Part shown: piece by piece, positions 42,314 through 53,654 of the stretch
Layout of the letters: each line of letters begins with the position of its first letter
Numbering within the stretch: position 1 is the first letter of the stretch
Source: an uncultured Planctomycetaceae bacterium
GTDB taxonomy: Bacteria; Planctomycetota; Planctomycetia; Planctomycetales; Planctomycetaceae
DNA length: 64,000 bases
Reading direction: 5' to 3'
NCBI GenBank assembly: GCA_963813715.1
Contig: CAWFAK010000005.1
Location: 864,001-928,000, forward strand
Notes under the pieces: generated by a model
What the model was told of the DNA's origin: nothing
Databases searched by the model: none
What the model saw: only the letters and a program-made list of their open reading frames with translations
Translations under genes and position numbers: made by a program

Positions 42314-43479
42314 CTAAAAGCGAAAATCGGCGTGGCACGCGTCACATCGCTTCTGAATCCGTGTCAAAGCGTCGGCAAAGGCCGGCGCTTCGCCCGACTT
42401 GGCCGCGGTCGCCAGGTCGGACGCGGCACGCGTGAGCTCAGTCGCCTGCCCGTGATACTTCGGGTCATCCGCCGAGTCGTAATGGCCGACGGAGATGACA
42501 CGACTGAGCACGGCCAGGATCGCCGCATCCTCGACCGCCTGCCCGGCGTCCTTCTTGAGCAGTTGCTGGGCCGAGCCCCCCTTTTTCAAGTGTTGGAACG
42601 AACGGTCCATCCGCTTCATGAGTGAGCTGCGGTTGGCGACCTGTGCCAAATCACGCATCGGCTCGGCGGCGGGGAGTCCGGCGGGAACGTTGCCGTCGAG
42701 CACGTCCATCAACTGGTCGCTCGGTCCCTTGGTCGCCTGGTAGGCCTGTCCGCCGAGAGCCTTGGCCGAGTCATGGATGCTCGCCGCCAGGTCGCGGACG
42801 TTGGCCGCATGTTCCTTCCAGCTGGTGGACCGCGGCAGCTCGACGACGATTTCCGCGAGGGCGGCTAACGTCGCGGCGGAGACCGCGATCTCCTGGTAGT
42901 GAGCGTTGTACTTCCCCACCGACTGCAGCCCGGCCGTCAGCTCGGTGCGAATGTGCTTCACCTCCGCATCCAGCACGTCGGCATCGATCAGCTCACCCCA
43001 GTCGGCGGAGGCGCCGGCCGGTTTGGCTGCCGCGCCGCCCGCGGGCTTGGCGGCCGCCGCCGTCCCAGAATCGGTCGCGTTGGTAGGCGGGGCCGTGGTT
43101 GACGAAGCGCGCGGCCGTTCGACGGTGGCCACTTCGGTCTTGGATTTCTGGCCCTCGGTCGGTGCGGCTTTCGATCAGATTTTCCGATCGACCCTCGGCC
43201 GCCACGGCCGAGCGGATCGTCGAAGAAGACGTCGTACGGCACGTCGCCCAGCCATTTGCGGCCTTGGGCGTCGGTGTGCTCGGAGACTTGTCGCTCCCCG
43301 TCGCCAAGCGACCCCGGTCCGCCGACGGCCGTATTCTCGGTGGCCGGCGACGAAGAACTGGCGGTCGTCGACGGGGCAGAAGACGGGAGCGGCGCTGGCG
43401 TGCAACCGGAGACGGCGCTAACCAACAGGGCCCAGCTCGACAGGAGTGCCCAACTCGGCACGAATGCCGAGCTCGACAC
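42314..43479 (-). CDS. Lipoprotein with C-terminal cytochrome c'-like (class II) domain; frameshift at ~43170-43200, start approximate
   Basis: Lipobox VSGC; helical body; C-terminal CDACHADFR. Confidence 0.75.
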
Positions 43480-43714
43480 TGTTGCCGGGAGGGCGGCGCG
43501 GCACGCCTTACGACCGTCTGCGTTAGCTCGATCCCTCGATCGACGGACATTTTCGTCGCTCGTTTTTGGAAAGTCCCTCCGCGATTATCGACTGCGGCGC
43601 ACGGGCATGCAATCGAGGATTTTTCGCCGCGCTGGCCGCAGTCGGCGCGGCCCATTACACTCAGTCTCGCCCCAAACTACCCGCCCGCGACTCCCAATCT
43701 CACCGGCATTTTCC

Positions 43715-46700
43715 ATGTTTTTCCGACTGAGTTTCGCCGGTTCGGCGTCGCGATCTTGTCGCTTTCGCCCCGTCCGGCCCTTCGCTTGGCTGGCTTGCGC
43801 CGCGGCTCTAGTCGGTTGCTTGTCGCTGGCTCAGCCGGAGGCGCTGCCCAGGCGCCAGCGCGCCCGCCCGAACCGCAAACGATCGCGAGCCCGCCGAGTT
43901 TAGCCGACGAGCTGCCGCGGATTCCGCCCGTGCCGGCGGACCAGACCGGCCGGACGTTTCAGCTCGAGCATGGATTTCGCCTCGAGCTGTTCGCCGCGGA
44001 GCCGCAGGTCGCCAGCCCGGTCGACGCCTGCTTCGATGAGAACGGCCGCCTGTACGTGGCCGAGATGCGCGATTACCCCTTTTCCTGGGAGCCGACCAAG
44101 CTCAATCCAACGGGCGGCGGGAAGAAAGACGCGGGCGTCATCCGGCTGTTGGAAGATACCGACGGCGATGGCAAGGCCGATCGCAGCGTGATCTTCGCCG
44201 ACAAGCTGACGTGGCCGACGTCGGTTTGCTGCTATCGCGGCGGACTGTTTGTGCTCGCGCCGCCTCACCTGCACTATTTCAAGGACACCGACGGCGACGG
44301 TCGGGCCGACGTGCACCAGATTGTGCTGAGCGGCTTTCGCCGCGATAACGTCCAGGCGGTCGTCAACAACCTCAAATGGAGTCTCGACAATCGCATCGTC
44401 TTCGCCGCCGGCCGCAATGGCGGCACGCTGACGCGCGACGGCAAGAAAGTCTTTGAGATTCATGGTCAGGATCTCTCGCTCGATCCGGCGAGCTTCGCGC
44501 TTACGGCCATCACTGGCGGGGAGCAATTCGGTCTGTCATTTGACGACTGGGGGAACCGCTTCGTCTGCAACAACAGCAACCACATCGAGCAGGTGGTGCT
44601 GGAGGAGCGGTATCTCCGTCGCAACCCGTACTACGCCGCTTCGAACGCCATTCGCACGATTGCCAAGGAGGGGCCGGCCGCTCCCGTGTTTCGCAAGAGC
44701 CCGCCTGAGCCGTGGCGAGTCGTCCGCACGCGTCGCCGCGTTTCCGATCCTGCTGTGCTCCGCACGCTGCCCTTCACCGAGCAATTTGCCATCGGGTATT
44801 TCACGTCCGCGGCCGGGATCACGATCTATCGCGGCGACGCCTACCCGGCCGACTTTCGGGGCAACGCGTTTATCGGTGACGTCGGCGGCAACCTGGTCCA
44901 TCGTAAAACGCTCCGCCGGGACGGGCCGCTGATCATCGCGCAGCGGGCGGAACCCGAGACGGAGTTCTTGACGTCGACCGACAACTGGTTTCGTCCCGTC
45001 AACTTCGTCAACGCGCCCGACGGCACGCTTTACCTCCTCGACATGTACCGCGAGACGATCGAGCACCCCTTCTCCATTCCCGACGACATCAAGGCGCACC
45101 TCGACCTCAACAGCGGTTTCGACCGCGGCCGAATTTATCGGCTGATGCCGCCGGGAAATCACAGGTTGCATTTCTCCAAGCTGGGCGGGCTGAGCACGCT
45201 CGAGCTTGTGCAGCAACTTGAATCAGACAATGCCTGGAACCGGGAGACGGCCCAGCGGCTGCTCGTGGAGCGGCACGATCGGGGGGCCATCGCGCCGTTG
45301 GAACGGCTCGCGAACGAGTCGCCGGCTGCACTGGGCCGCTTGCATGCGCTCTACACGCTCGACGGTCTGTCGGCTCTTTCCGATCGAATCGTGCTCGGTC
45401 GGCTGGCCGATCCCGAACGGCGAATCCGGGCGCACGCCGTGCGGCTGGGCGAGTTGCGTCTCAAACGGTCGCCCGCGCTCTTGGCCGCTGTCGCTCGGTT
45501 GATCGACGATCCCGATCGGCTCGTCCGCTTTCAGCTCGCGCTCTCTTTGGGAGACGCGGAACCGAACGTGGCGGCCGCGCCGCTAACCCGTCTCGCCCGC
45601 GAGGCGGCGACCGACGAGCCGGTGCGCTCGGCTCTGCTGACGTCGGTCGGCGCCAACGCGGATGTCGTCACGCGCGAACTGCTCGCCGACGGTTCGTTCG
45701 CCGATCGGCAGGACACTTCCGTGCTCTTCGGCGACTTGGCGTCGATCGTCGGGGCGCAGCCCGATTCTGCGCGAATCGTGGCCGTGTTGCGGCGAGCGTT
45801 CGAGGCCCAATCGCATCCGGCGGCGCAGCTGGCGATTTTGCGCGGCGTGGGCGAGGGCCTCTCGCGCCGCGGGCTGTCGATTGCGAGCTTGCTGGATTCG
45901 CGAACGAGCGACGCGGATCTCAAACGGGCCGCGGACAACTTGTTCTCGCGCCGCGAAAACGGTGCGCGACGAAGCTGAGCCGGCCGCCGCTCGTCTGTCG
46001 GCCATCCGCCTGTTGGCGTTCGCGCCTTTTCCACAGGCCGCGCTCGTGCTGCCCCAATTGCTGGCGCCGCAAGTGCCGACCGAACTGCAAATCGCGGCCG
46101 TCGTCGCGCTCACCAATCAATCGGAGCCGGCGGTTGCACGGCTGTTGATTCGCCCGTGGCGCAGCTTGGGACCCACGCTGCATCGCGAGGTGATCGACGG
46201 ATTGGTGCGAAAAGCGGCCTGGCTCAGCGAACTATTCGCGGCGATCGAAGCCCGGCAAATCGGCGCCGGCGAGATCGATCGCGACGTCAAGCAGCTGTTG
46301 ATGAATCATCCAAACTCGCAACTGCGGAATCGGGCTCGCCAGCTGTTTGCAGCCGATCGACTGGGCAACGTCGTGGCGATCGTGGAGGCTTACCGCCCGA
46401 CGGTGGAGCGAGCAGGACGGGCCGACCGCGGGCGAGCGATCTACGAGAAACGGTGCGCGACGTGTCACCGCATCGGGACTTTCGGTCACGCAGTCGGCCC
46501 CGACCTGGCGTCGGTGCAGAATAAATCACCGGCCGACCTGCTGGTGGCGATCGTCGATCCGAACCGCGAGGCCCAGCCCAACTACATTTCTTACACGCTG
46601 GTCACCCACCAGGGGACCGTGCACACGGGGATCATCGTTGCCGAGTCAGCCGCCGGCGTGACGTTGCGTCGGGCCGATGCCCGGGAAGACCGCGTCCTTC

Positions 46701-46834
46701 GTAGCGAAATCGAAGAACTCGCCTCGACAGGTAAATCGCTCATGCCCGAGGGGCTCGAGAAGGACATCCCCGCGGCCGAGATGGCCGACCTGATCGCCTT
46801 CATCAAGTCGCTGCGTCCCGCCCCGCCGAAATAG
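43715..46834 (+). CDS. PVC-type heme-binding CxxCH protein (beta-propeller dehydrogenase-like + HEAT + cytochrome c); frameshifts at ~43850 and ~45950
   Basis: GFRLELFAAEP, DTDGDGKAD, FDDWGNRF, WFRPV, GRIYR, HEAT repeats, CATCH, GPDL, SLMPEGLE. Confidence 0.9.
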
Positions 46835-46861
46835 CGCGGCGGGCAATCGGCCGCACGACGA

Positions 46862-47689
46862 TCAGCCCTTGTCGGCCCAGATCGCGCGGCGTTCCCCGGG
46901 GACGAACTGCGACGTTTGGTACCAGGTGCTTTTCTTTTTCGACTTGGTATCGAAGACGGCCGAGTAACGAACGCCGCCGATCAGCACCAAGGCCGATATG
47001 CTCGCCGTCAGACCCCAGACAAACAGCCACAGTCGCCAGGCCTTGGCCGGCATCTTGCGGATCGCGTATCGCCAGAAATCGAGCGGCTTTAGGAAGATGT
47101 CGAACGGTCCGTACTTGTCGGTGTTGGGAATCGCGTAGAAGAAGACGAGCACATGCGCGGTGCCCGCCGCGACCAGCCCGATGACCGTTTGCAGAATCGT
47201 CCAAACGGCGCGTGACGGACCGAACTTCGGCAAGGTGAGCGAAACGTACACGCTCATCACGAAGACGGCCATCACGCCCACCCACAGCACGTGCGTCCAT
47301 AACGGCAACGATTTCAACACCGTCATGTACGATTCGGCACGTGGGCCGTGCTCCAATCCTGCTTCGCCCGATCCGGCCGGCGCCACCGGCGTGATCGGCA
47401 AGCCAAGCCGCGGGTGATAAAAGCAATTCGGACACCAGGAGGAGATGCCCCACGGCTCCGTCGACCCGCACTGCGGGCAAGGCTGGCGCTCTGGCTTGGC
47501 TTCGCCACTCGTGGTCGTCGGGGTGATCGGTGCGGCAGCCGCCGGAGTGGCAGGCGCCTGCGAGGTGCGAGCAGACGGCTCGGCCGGCGGATCCAACACC
47601 GCGACGCCCGGCCCATTCTCGTTTTGTCCCGCCTCGCTCTGTCCGCCGCGGGACTTGTTCAGCACGTTCGTAAATAGTCCAACCAGCAT
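46862..47689 (-). CDS. Zn-ribbon membrane protein
   Basis: CPQCG…WCPNC followed by three TM helices. Confidence 0.7.
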   Translation of the reverse strand: MLVGLFTNVLNKSRGGQSEAGQNENGPGVAVLDPPAEPSARTSQAPATPAAAAPITPTTTSGEAKPERQPCPQCGSTEPWGISSWCPNCFYHPRLGLPITPVAPAGSGEAGLEHGPRAESYMTVLKSLPLWTHVLWVGVMAVFVMSVYVSLTLPKFGPSRAVWTILQTVIGLVAAGTAHVLVFFYAIPNTDKYGPFDIFLKPLDFWRYAIRKMPAKAWRLWLFVWGLTASISALVLIGGVRYSAVFDTKSKKKSTWYQTSQFVPGERRAIWADKG

Positions 47690-47889
47690 GCGCGCGCCTC
47701 CCCTGGTACGAAGAAGAGGCTAGTTCGCCGGCCGAAAGCTGCCGCGGAAATTCGGGTGGCCGCAGTGAGTCGTGCCGGTCTGCTCACCCGATTCTGCAAA
47801 AAACAGCGGACAAAGCCCGTGCGAGTTGTGACGGCGGGACCGATCGCAGCGATCGACAGGGTTCTACGGAGGCCGTCGCGCTCTTCGGC

Positions 47890-49985
47890 TCAGTTGGCTT
47901 TGACTTCCGCCGTCAGCGGGATAAAGGACTCGCCGCCGCTTTCCGCGACGTCGATCGGCACCGTCCAATGTTCGCTTCCCAACTTGCAAAGCCCGCTCAC
48001 GCCGCCGCGACAATACGTGAAACTGAGCGCCACCTCGAGGACGGCGTGGCCCGGCTTGAGCGCGGTGGGAATCGAGACGCGGGCCTTGTCGGCATCGAGC
48101 GTGGCGGCGTGGCGCTTGCTGAGCTGGCTCGTCGCGACGAGCGCGGTCGGCTCGGCCGCACGCAGTCGGCAAGTGATTGGAGCTTCCTTGTTGAGCTTGC
48201 AGTCGGCGGGGAGATGGAACGAGAACTCCAGCCGCAACGCGTCGCCCGTCGCCAGATGCACCGTCGGAAGCGAGGCCTTGACGGTATCCTTCGACGCGAA
48301 TTCGTCCGGCGTCTGCTCGTGGCTCTTTGGCGCCGTGAGGCCTTCGATCTCGAAGACTCGCACGTTTCGGCCCGACGCGTCGGCGACTTTGATCACCTGG
48401 TTGTTCGTGTCGGCGATGTAGAGTTTGCCCCCCGCAAACGAGAGTCCGCCCGGCTCGGAGAATTGCGGCGGATCGAGACCGTCTCCCCGCTTCCCAGTTC
48501 CTAACAGCGTCTCCGCCACGCCGGTCGACGGGTCGACGACTTTGATTTTGTGGTTGTAGCTGTCGGCGACGTACAGCCGCCCTGACGCGTACGCGAGGCC
48601 CAGGGGATGCTGGAGCCGCGCGGCTGAGCCCTTGCCGTCCACGTCGCCGAACGCGAATAGCGACTGCCCGTTGTCGAGATTCGACGTGCCCGCCAAGGTG
48701 CCGACGGGTCCGGGAGGGTCGAGTGGAATGCGGCGAATGGCCGAGCCTTCGCTGTCGGCCACGAACAGAAACCGCCCGTCGCTCGCCAGTCCGGAGGGCT
48801 GTGCGAAAGCGGCCTCTTCGGGCGGTCCGTCAAGCACGTCTTCGCGACCGGTTCCGGCGAATACGCGAATCGTGTCAGTCCCCAGGGTATGCGCCAGATC
48901 TGATGAGCGCCGGCCATTGCCACATACAGTGTGCGGCCGACGATCAGCAGATCCCACGGGCTATTGAGCGCCGTTTCCCGCAGCGCTCCCTCCGTGCCCT
49001 TGCCCGGCGACTGCTTGCCCGTGCCGGCGAGCGTCGTCACTTTCTTGTGCTTCAGGTCGAGGACGCGGATCAAATGGTTTTCCGTGTCGGCTACGTAGAG
49101 CTTGTCGCCGGCGAGCGCCATTCCCTGCGGATGCTGAAACGTGGCCGACGCGAACGGGCCGTTCTTTTCGCCGACGGCGCCGCTGCCGGCAACGTTGAGC
49201 AGCTTGCCGTCCAGCGACGAGATCACGATGCGGTTGTGGTTGCTATCAGCGATGAACAGGCGGCCGCCCGATTCATCGGCCAGCACCTTGCCGGGGAATT
49301 TCAGCGGGGTGGCCGGCAGCTTGTGCCGCTCGAGCCCCAGCGCCAACGGCGCCCGATCGAGCGTGCCGTTCCCCTCGTGATAGGCGACGAGCTTGGCAAT
49401 ATCCGCGTCAAGCGCGGCCCGATGCCCCTCGCCCGTAACGGCCTTCACGAGTTTCCCTTCGGGATCGATGAGGGCCAGCGTGGGCCAGACGTTGACACCG
49501 CCCCGTGACCAGACGGTCAGGTCCGAATCGTTGAGGACCGGGTGCTCGATCTCGTAACGGACGATGGCCCGGCGAATGTTTTCGGACTCTTTTTCGTTGG
49601 CGAACTTGGCCGAGTGCACGCCGATCACCACCAGCTCGCGCGGATACTTGTGCTCGAGATATTTAAGGTCGGGCAGGATGTGCATGCAGTTGATGCAGCA
49701 ATAGGTCCAAAAGTCGATGATCACGATTTTGCCGCGGAGATCCTTGAGCTCGATCGGCCCGGAGACATTCAGCCAGCCGTGGCCCCCGTCGAACAGATCG
49801 TCCGGCACCTTGACCCGATGCGGGAATGGATTGGCGACCCGGCGGTGCGCAGTGGAGGCGCCCTTGGCCGGCTTCTCGGGATCCGCCAGACCGCGATCGA
49901 CGCGGCCCAGGCAGGCGCAGAGCGCCAGGAGCGAACAGACGAGCAGAGTTTTCGCTCGCAGTTTTCTGGAACGCAGGGTGTGCAT
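47890..49985 (-). CDS. Secreted thioredoxin-like + NHL-repeat protein (NHLRC2/SOQ1-like); frameshift at ~48890
   Basis: DFWTYCCINCMH, GVHSAKF, FPGKV, ADSNHNRI, ADTENH, AMAGAHQIW, AQPSG, ADSEGS, ADSYNHKIK; C-terminal YCRGGVSGLC. Confidence 0.9.
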
Positions 49986-50249
49986 CGCAGCGGGCCCTCG
50001 AAGACGCACAGGGGCGAGCAGGATCATTCGTCGGCAGGAATGGAGTCGAATTCTCCCGGCTTGCGGCAACGTCAATCGTAACAGGCCTGCGTGCGGCTCG
50101 GAAGTTTTTAGCACTCCTTTTGGTCCGCGCTCGCAAAACAATGACGGCTGCGTAGGCTGGCGCGACGCTCGCGGTGCGTTACAATTCTCGATCAACGGAC
50201 GAAAACGCGGGTTTGTACTTAGAGAGTTCTTACCAGACGGAGCCGAAGC

Positions 50250-51207
50250 GTGGCGCGGTCGCGGACGGCCGGAAGGTGCGAGCAGGGAGTGCGGCAGCAG
50301 GACTGCATCGACGGGCTGGCAGCCGTGCCGGCCGGCAGCATCGATCTCGTCTTCGCCGATCCGCCGTTCAACATCGGCTACGAGTACGACACGTACGACG
50401 ATCGCCAGAGCCGCGATGAGTATCTCGCCTGGTGCCGCCGCTGGATCGAGGGCGTTTATCGCGGGCTCAAGCCGTCGGGCACGTTCTGGCTGGCGATCGG
50501 CGACGAGCGGGCCGCCGAGCTCAAGCTGCTCTCGCAGGAGATCGGCTTTCACTGCCGCAGTTGGGTGATCTGGTACTACACCTTCGGCGTCAATTGCACG
50601 CACAAGTTCAGCCGTTCGCACGCCGCACCTGTTCTACTTTGTGAAAGACCCGGCGACGTTCACGTTTCGCGAGGACGATCCGCAAAATCGCGTCCCCTCG
50701 GCGCGACAATTGGTTTATGCCGATCGGCGGGCCAATCCCCGCGGGCGGTTGCCGGACGATACCTGGATCCTCCGTCCGCAGGACATGAGCGACTGCTTCA
50801 CGGCAGATGAGGACACCTGGTACTTCCCCCGCGTGGCCGGCACCTTCAAAGAGCGGGCCGGTTTCCACGGGTGCCAGATGCCCGAGCAACTGTTGGCCCG
50901 CATCATCCGCACCTGCTCGAACGAAGGCGAGTTGGTGGTCGATCCGTTCTCCGGAAGCGCCACGACGCTGGTGGTCGCCAAGAAGCTGGGCCGCCGATTC
51001 CTCGGCTTCGAGATCAGCGAAGAATACGCGCTCCGGGGCAACAAGCGCCTGGAGCAAGTGCAGAGCGGCGACTCCCTCCGCGGGGCGGCCGACCCACTCA
51101 CGAGCTGCCCGTCGACGGCCAACGGCAAACGCCGCCGCCCGGAAAAGCGAGGCCAACGGCACATCGACCTGCCCGCTGAGGCCGGCGAATCGGCAGCCGG
51201 CGGGTGA
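50250..51207 (+). CDS. Beta-class N4-C/N6-A DNA methyltransferase, no adjacent endonuclease; frameshift at ~50625
   Basis: [11 protein letters not shown] precedes HGCQMPEQL and [16 protein letters not shown]. Confidence 0.88.
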
Positions 51208-51410
51208 GCGCGGTCCGAACTCCCTTCGATCGATTTCCCTTCGATCCGAATTGCGTTGATCCACTTGGCCGTTCGGCCCGTTACCCCTTACCCATTGGCC
51301 GATGCGTGCCGATTGCAGGGCTGAGTGCCAAGACGGCCGATCGCTAAGATTTGCCGGCGAGCGGCGAACAACTGCCCGACCGACCCGAACAGGCCTCTGA
51401 CGATCACTCG

Positions 51411-52337
51411 ATGATTCAAGCCACCGGACTGCACAAATCGTTCGGCCAACTGCACGCCGTGCGCGGGATCGACCTCGAGATCCAGAGGGGCGAGACCTTT
51501 GGCCTGTTGGGAGCCAACGGGGCCGGCAAGTCGACGACCATCAATCTACTTGCCGGATTGATGGAGCCCGACGCGGGGCAGATCGTGATCGACGGCTCGA
51601 CCGACCCGACTCGCCGCGAGGTCCGCCGCCAGATCGGCATCGCGCCGCAGTCGCTGGCTTTGTACGAGGAGCTGTCAGCGGAGGAAAACATTTGCTTCCT
51701 CGGCAAGCTCTACGGACTGGGCGGGAGCAAGTTGAAAGAGCGGATCGAATACGCGCTCACGTTGGCGGGACTCGTCGATCGACGCAAGGATCCGGTCGGC
51801 CAGTTCTCCGGGGGGATGAAGCGCAGGTTGAATCTGGCCGCTGCGCTGGTGCACGAGCCGAAGGTGCTGTTCCTCGATGAGCCGACGGTCGGCGTCGACC
51901 CGCAGTCGCGCAATCGGTTGTTCGACAACATTCAGGAGCTGGCCGCGCAGGGGATGACCATCCTCTACACGACGCACTACATGGAAGAGGCCGAACGACT
52001 TTGCGACCGCGTGGCCATCATCGAGCAGGGGCAGATCCTCGCGCTCGATCGCGTCGACGGACTGATCGACCGCTACGGCGGGCTGGCCGTCGTCGAGGCG
52101 GAGTTGAAGAACGGACACCTCGATGCCGACCAACACCGGGCGAGCCTGGCCGCCGCCATCGGCAAGGCCGACTTCCAGCTCGACGCAAACAAATTGCGAC
52201 TGCAATCGAAGGAGCCGCTGGAAGACGTGGCGCGGCTGGCCCAGGCGGGCATCGGCCTGAAGACGTTGCGGCTCGACCGCCCCGACCTGGAGACGGTTTT
52301 TCTCAACCTCACCGGACGCAGGCTCCGCGACGAATGA
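51411..52337 (+). CDS. ABC-2 type exporter ATP-binding protein
   Basis: GANGAGKS, FSGGMKRRL, LFLDEPTVGVDPQSR, TTHYMEE. Confidence 0.93.
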   Translation: MIQATGLHKSFGQLHAVRGIDLEIQRGETFGLLGANGAGKSTTINLLAGLMEPDAGQIVIDGSTDPTRREVRRQIGIAPQSLALYEELSAEENICFLGKLYGLGGSKLKERIEYALTLAGLVDRRKDPVGQFSGGMKRRLNLAAALVHEPKVLFLDEPTVGVDPQSRNRLFDNIQELAAQGMTILYTTHYMEEAERLCDRVAIIEQGQILALDRVDGLIDRYGGLAVVEAELKNGHLDADQHRASLAAAIGKADFQLDANKLRLQSKEPLEDVARLAQAGIGLKTLRLDRPDLETVFLNLTGRRLRDE

Positions 52338-53622
52338 ATCGCGTCATCACGCTAGCATTCAAAGATCTGGCCGTGCTCCGTCGCGAGAAGGAAGCGCTGT
52401 TTTGGATCTTCCTCTTCCCGCTCGTGTTCGCGCTGTTCTTTGGTTTCCTGTCGGGAGGTGGCGGAGGCGAACGAGGCAAGCTGCGGGTCGCCTTTGTCGA
52501 CGACGACCACAGCGAGGGCTCCCGCGCCTTGTTCGAAAAACTGCAAAAGTCGGATTCGCTGGCGGTCTACGACGAGTCGAAGGTCGGCACCCCCTTCACG
52601 GCCGACTCGGCCCGCAATGCCGTGCGCCGCGGCGATCTGACGGCATTTTTGATCGTGCCGTCGGGCTATGGCGCGACGGCCGACTCCTTCTGGCAGCCGG
52701 GGAAGCCGCTTGAGCTGGGCATCGATCCCTCGCGGACGGCCGAGGCCGGCATGCTCGAAGGCGCGCTGATGCAGACGATCTTCTCGGGTCTCGGGCAGCA
52801 GCTCACGGATCCGAAGCGGGTCAAAGCGAACGCCGACAAGGCCCTGGCTGAGCTGGATCGGTCCAGGGGCCTGGATGCCGACCAGAAGAAGCTGCTCAAG
52901 AGCTTTCTGGGTGATTGGGAAAAATTTATGGGCAGCGCGCCGGCATCGGTCGCCGAGTACTCGCCGTTTGCCGCGGAGAATAAGCTGAAAAAAGTGCCGG
53001 TCGTGCTCGAGGAAGGCAACAAGCCCAAGTCGGCGTTCGAAGTCACCTTCCCGTCCGCCGTCACCTGGGGCATGTACGGCTGCATCATTTCATTCGCGAT
53101 TTCGATCGTGAGTGAGCGGACGAAAGGGACGTTGATCCGGCTGCGGATGTCGCCCTTGAGCTGGGCCGAGATCGTCGCCGGCAAAGGGCTCGCCTGCTTT
53201 CTGGTGAGCGTGCTGGTTGCCGTCGCGCTGATGGTCCTGGGCCATCTCCTCTTCGGCATTCGCGTCGAGAGCGTGGTGGGGCTGGCGCTGGCCATCGTCA
53301 GCGCAGCCTTCTGCTACACGGGGCTGATGATGGCGCTCGCGGGGCTCGGCAAGACCGAAAAAGCCGTCTCGGGCTCGGCGGCGGCCGTCTTTATGCCCCT
53401 GGCGATGATCGGCGGAGCGATGATTCCCCTGGCCTTCATGCCCGCCTGGATGCAGACGGTCAGCAACATCAGCCCGACGAAGTGGAACATCGTGGCGCTC
53501 GAGGGGGCGATCTGGCGCGGCAATTCGCTCGCCGAGATGATGCTGCCCTGCGGCGTATTGCTGGCGATCGGCGCGGCTGGATTTGCGCTGGGCGTCCGAT
53601 TTCTTTCGCGCAAAAAGTCTGA
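52334..53622 (+). CDS. ABC-2 type exporter permease
   Basis: ATGA overlap with the ATPase; EALFWIF, ERTKGTLIRL, MPAWMQTVS. As sequenced the frame runs to 53728 into glnE; TGA 53620-53622 is in frame if the A5 run at 53612 is A6. Confidence 0.85.
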
Positions 53623-53654
53623 CGCCGGCGCTGCTCGCACGTGCCCGCGGGGAT

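Noticed and set aside
47720..47860. c-di-GMP-I riboswitch
   Set aside because: Only a loose ggacaaagcc similarity; the GNRA loop/receptor architecture is not present.
17809..51207. DUF559 nuclease and DNA methyltransferase as a restriction-modification pair
   Set aside because: They are 32 kb apart with no linkage.
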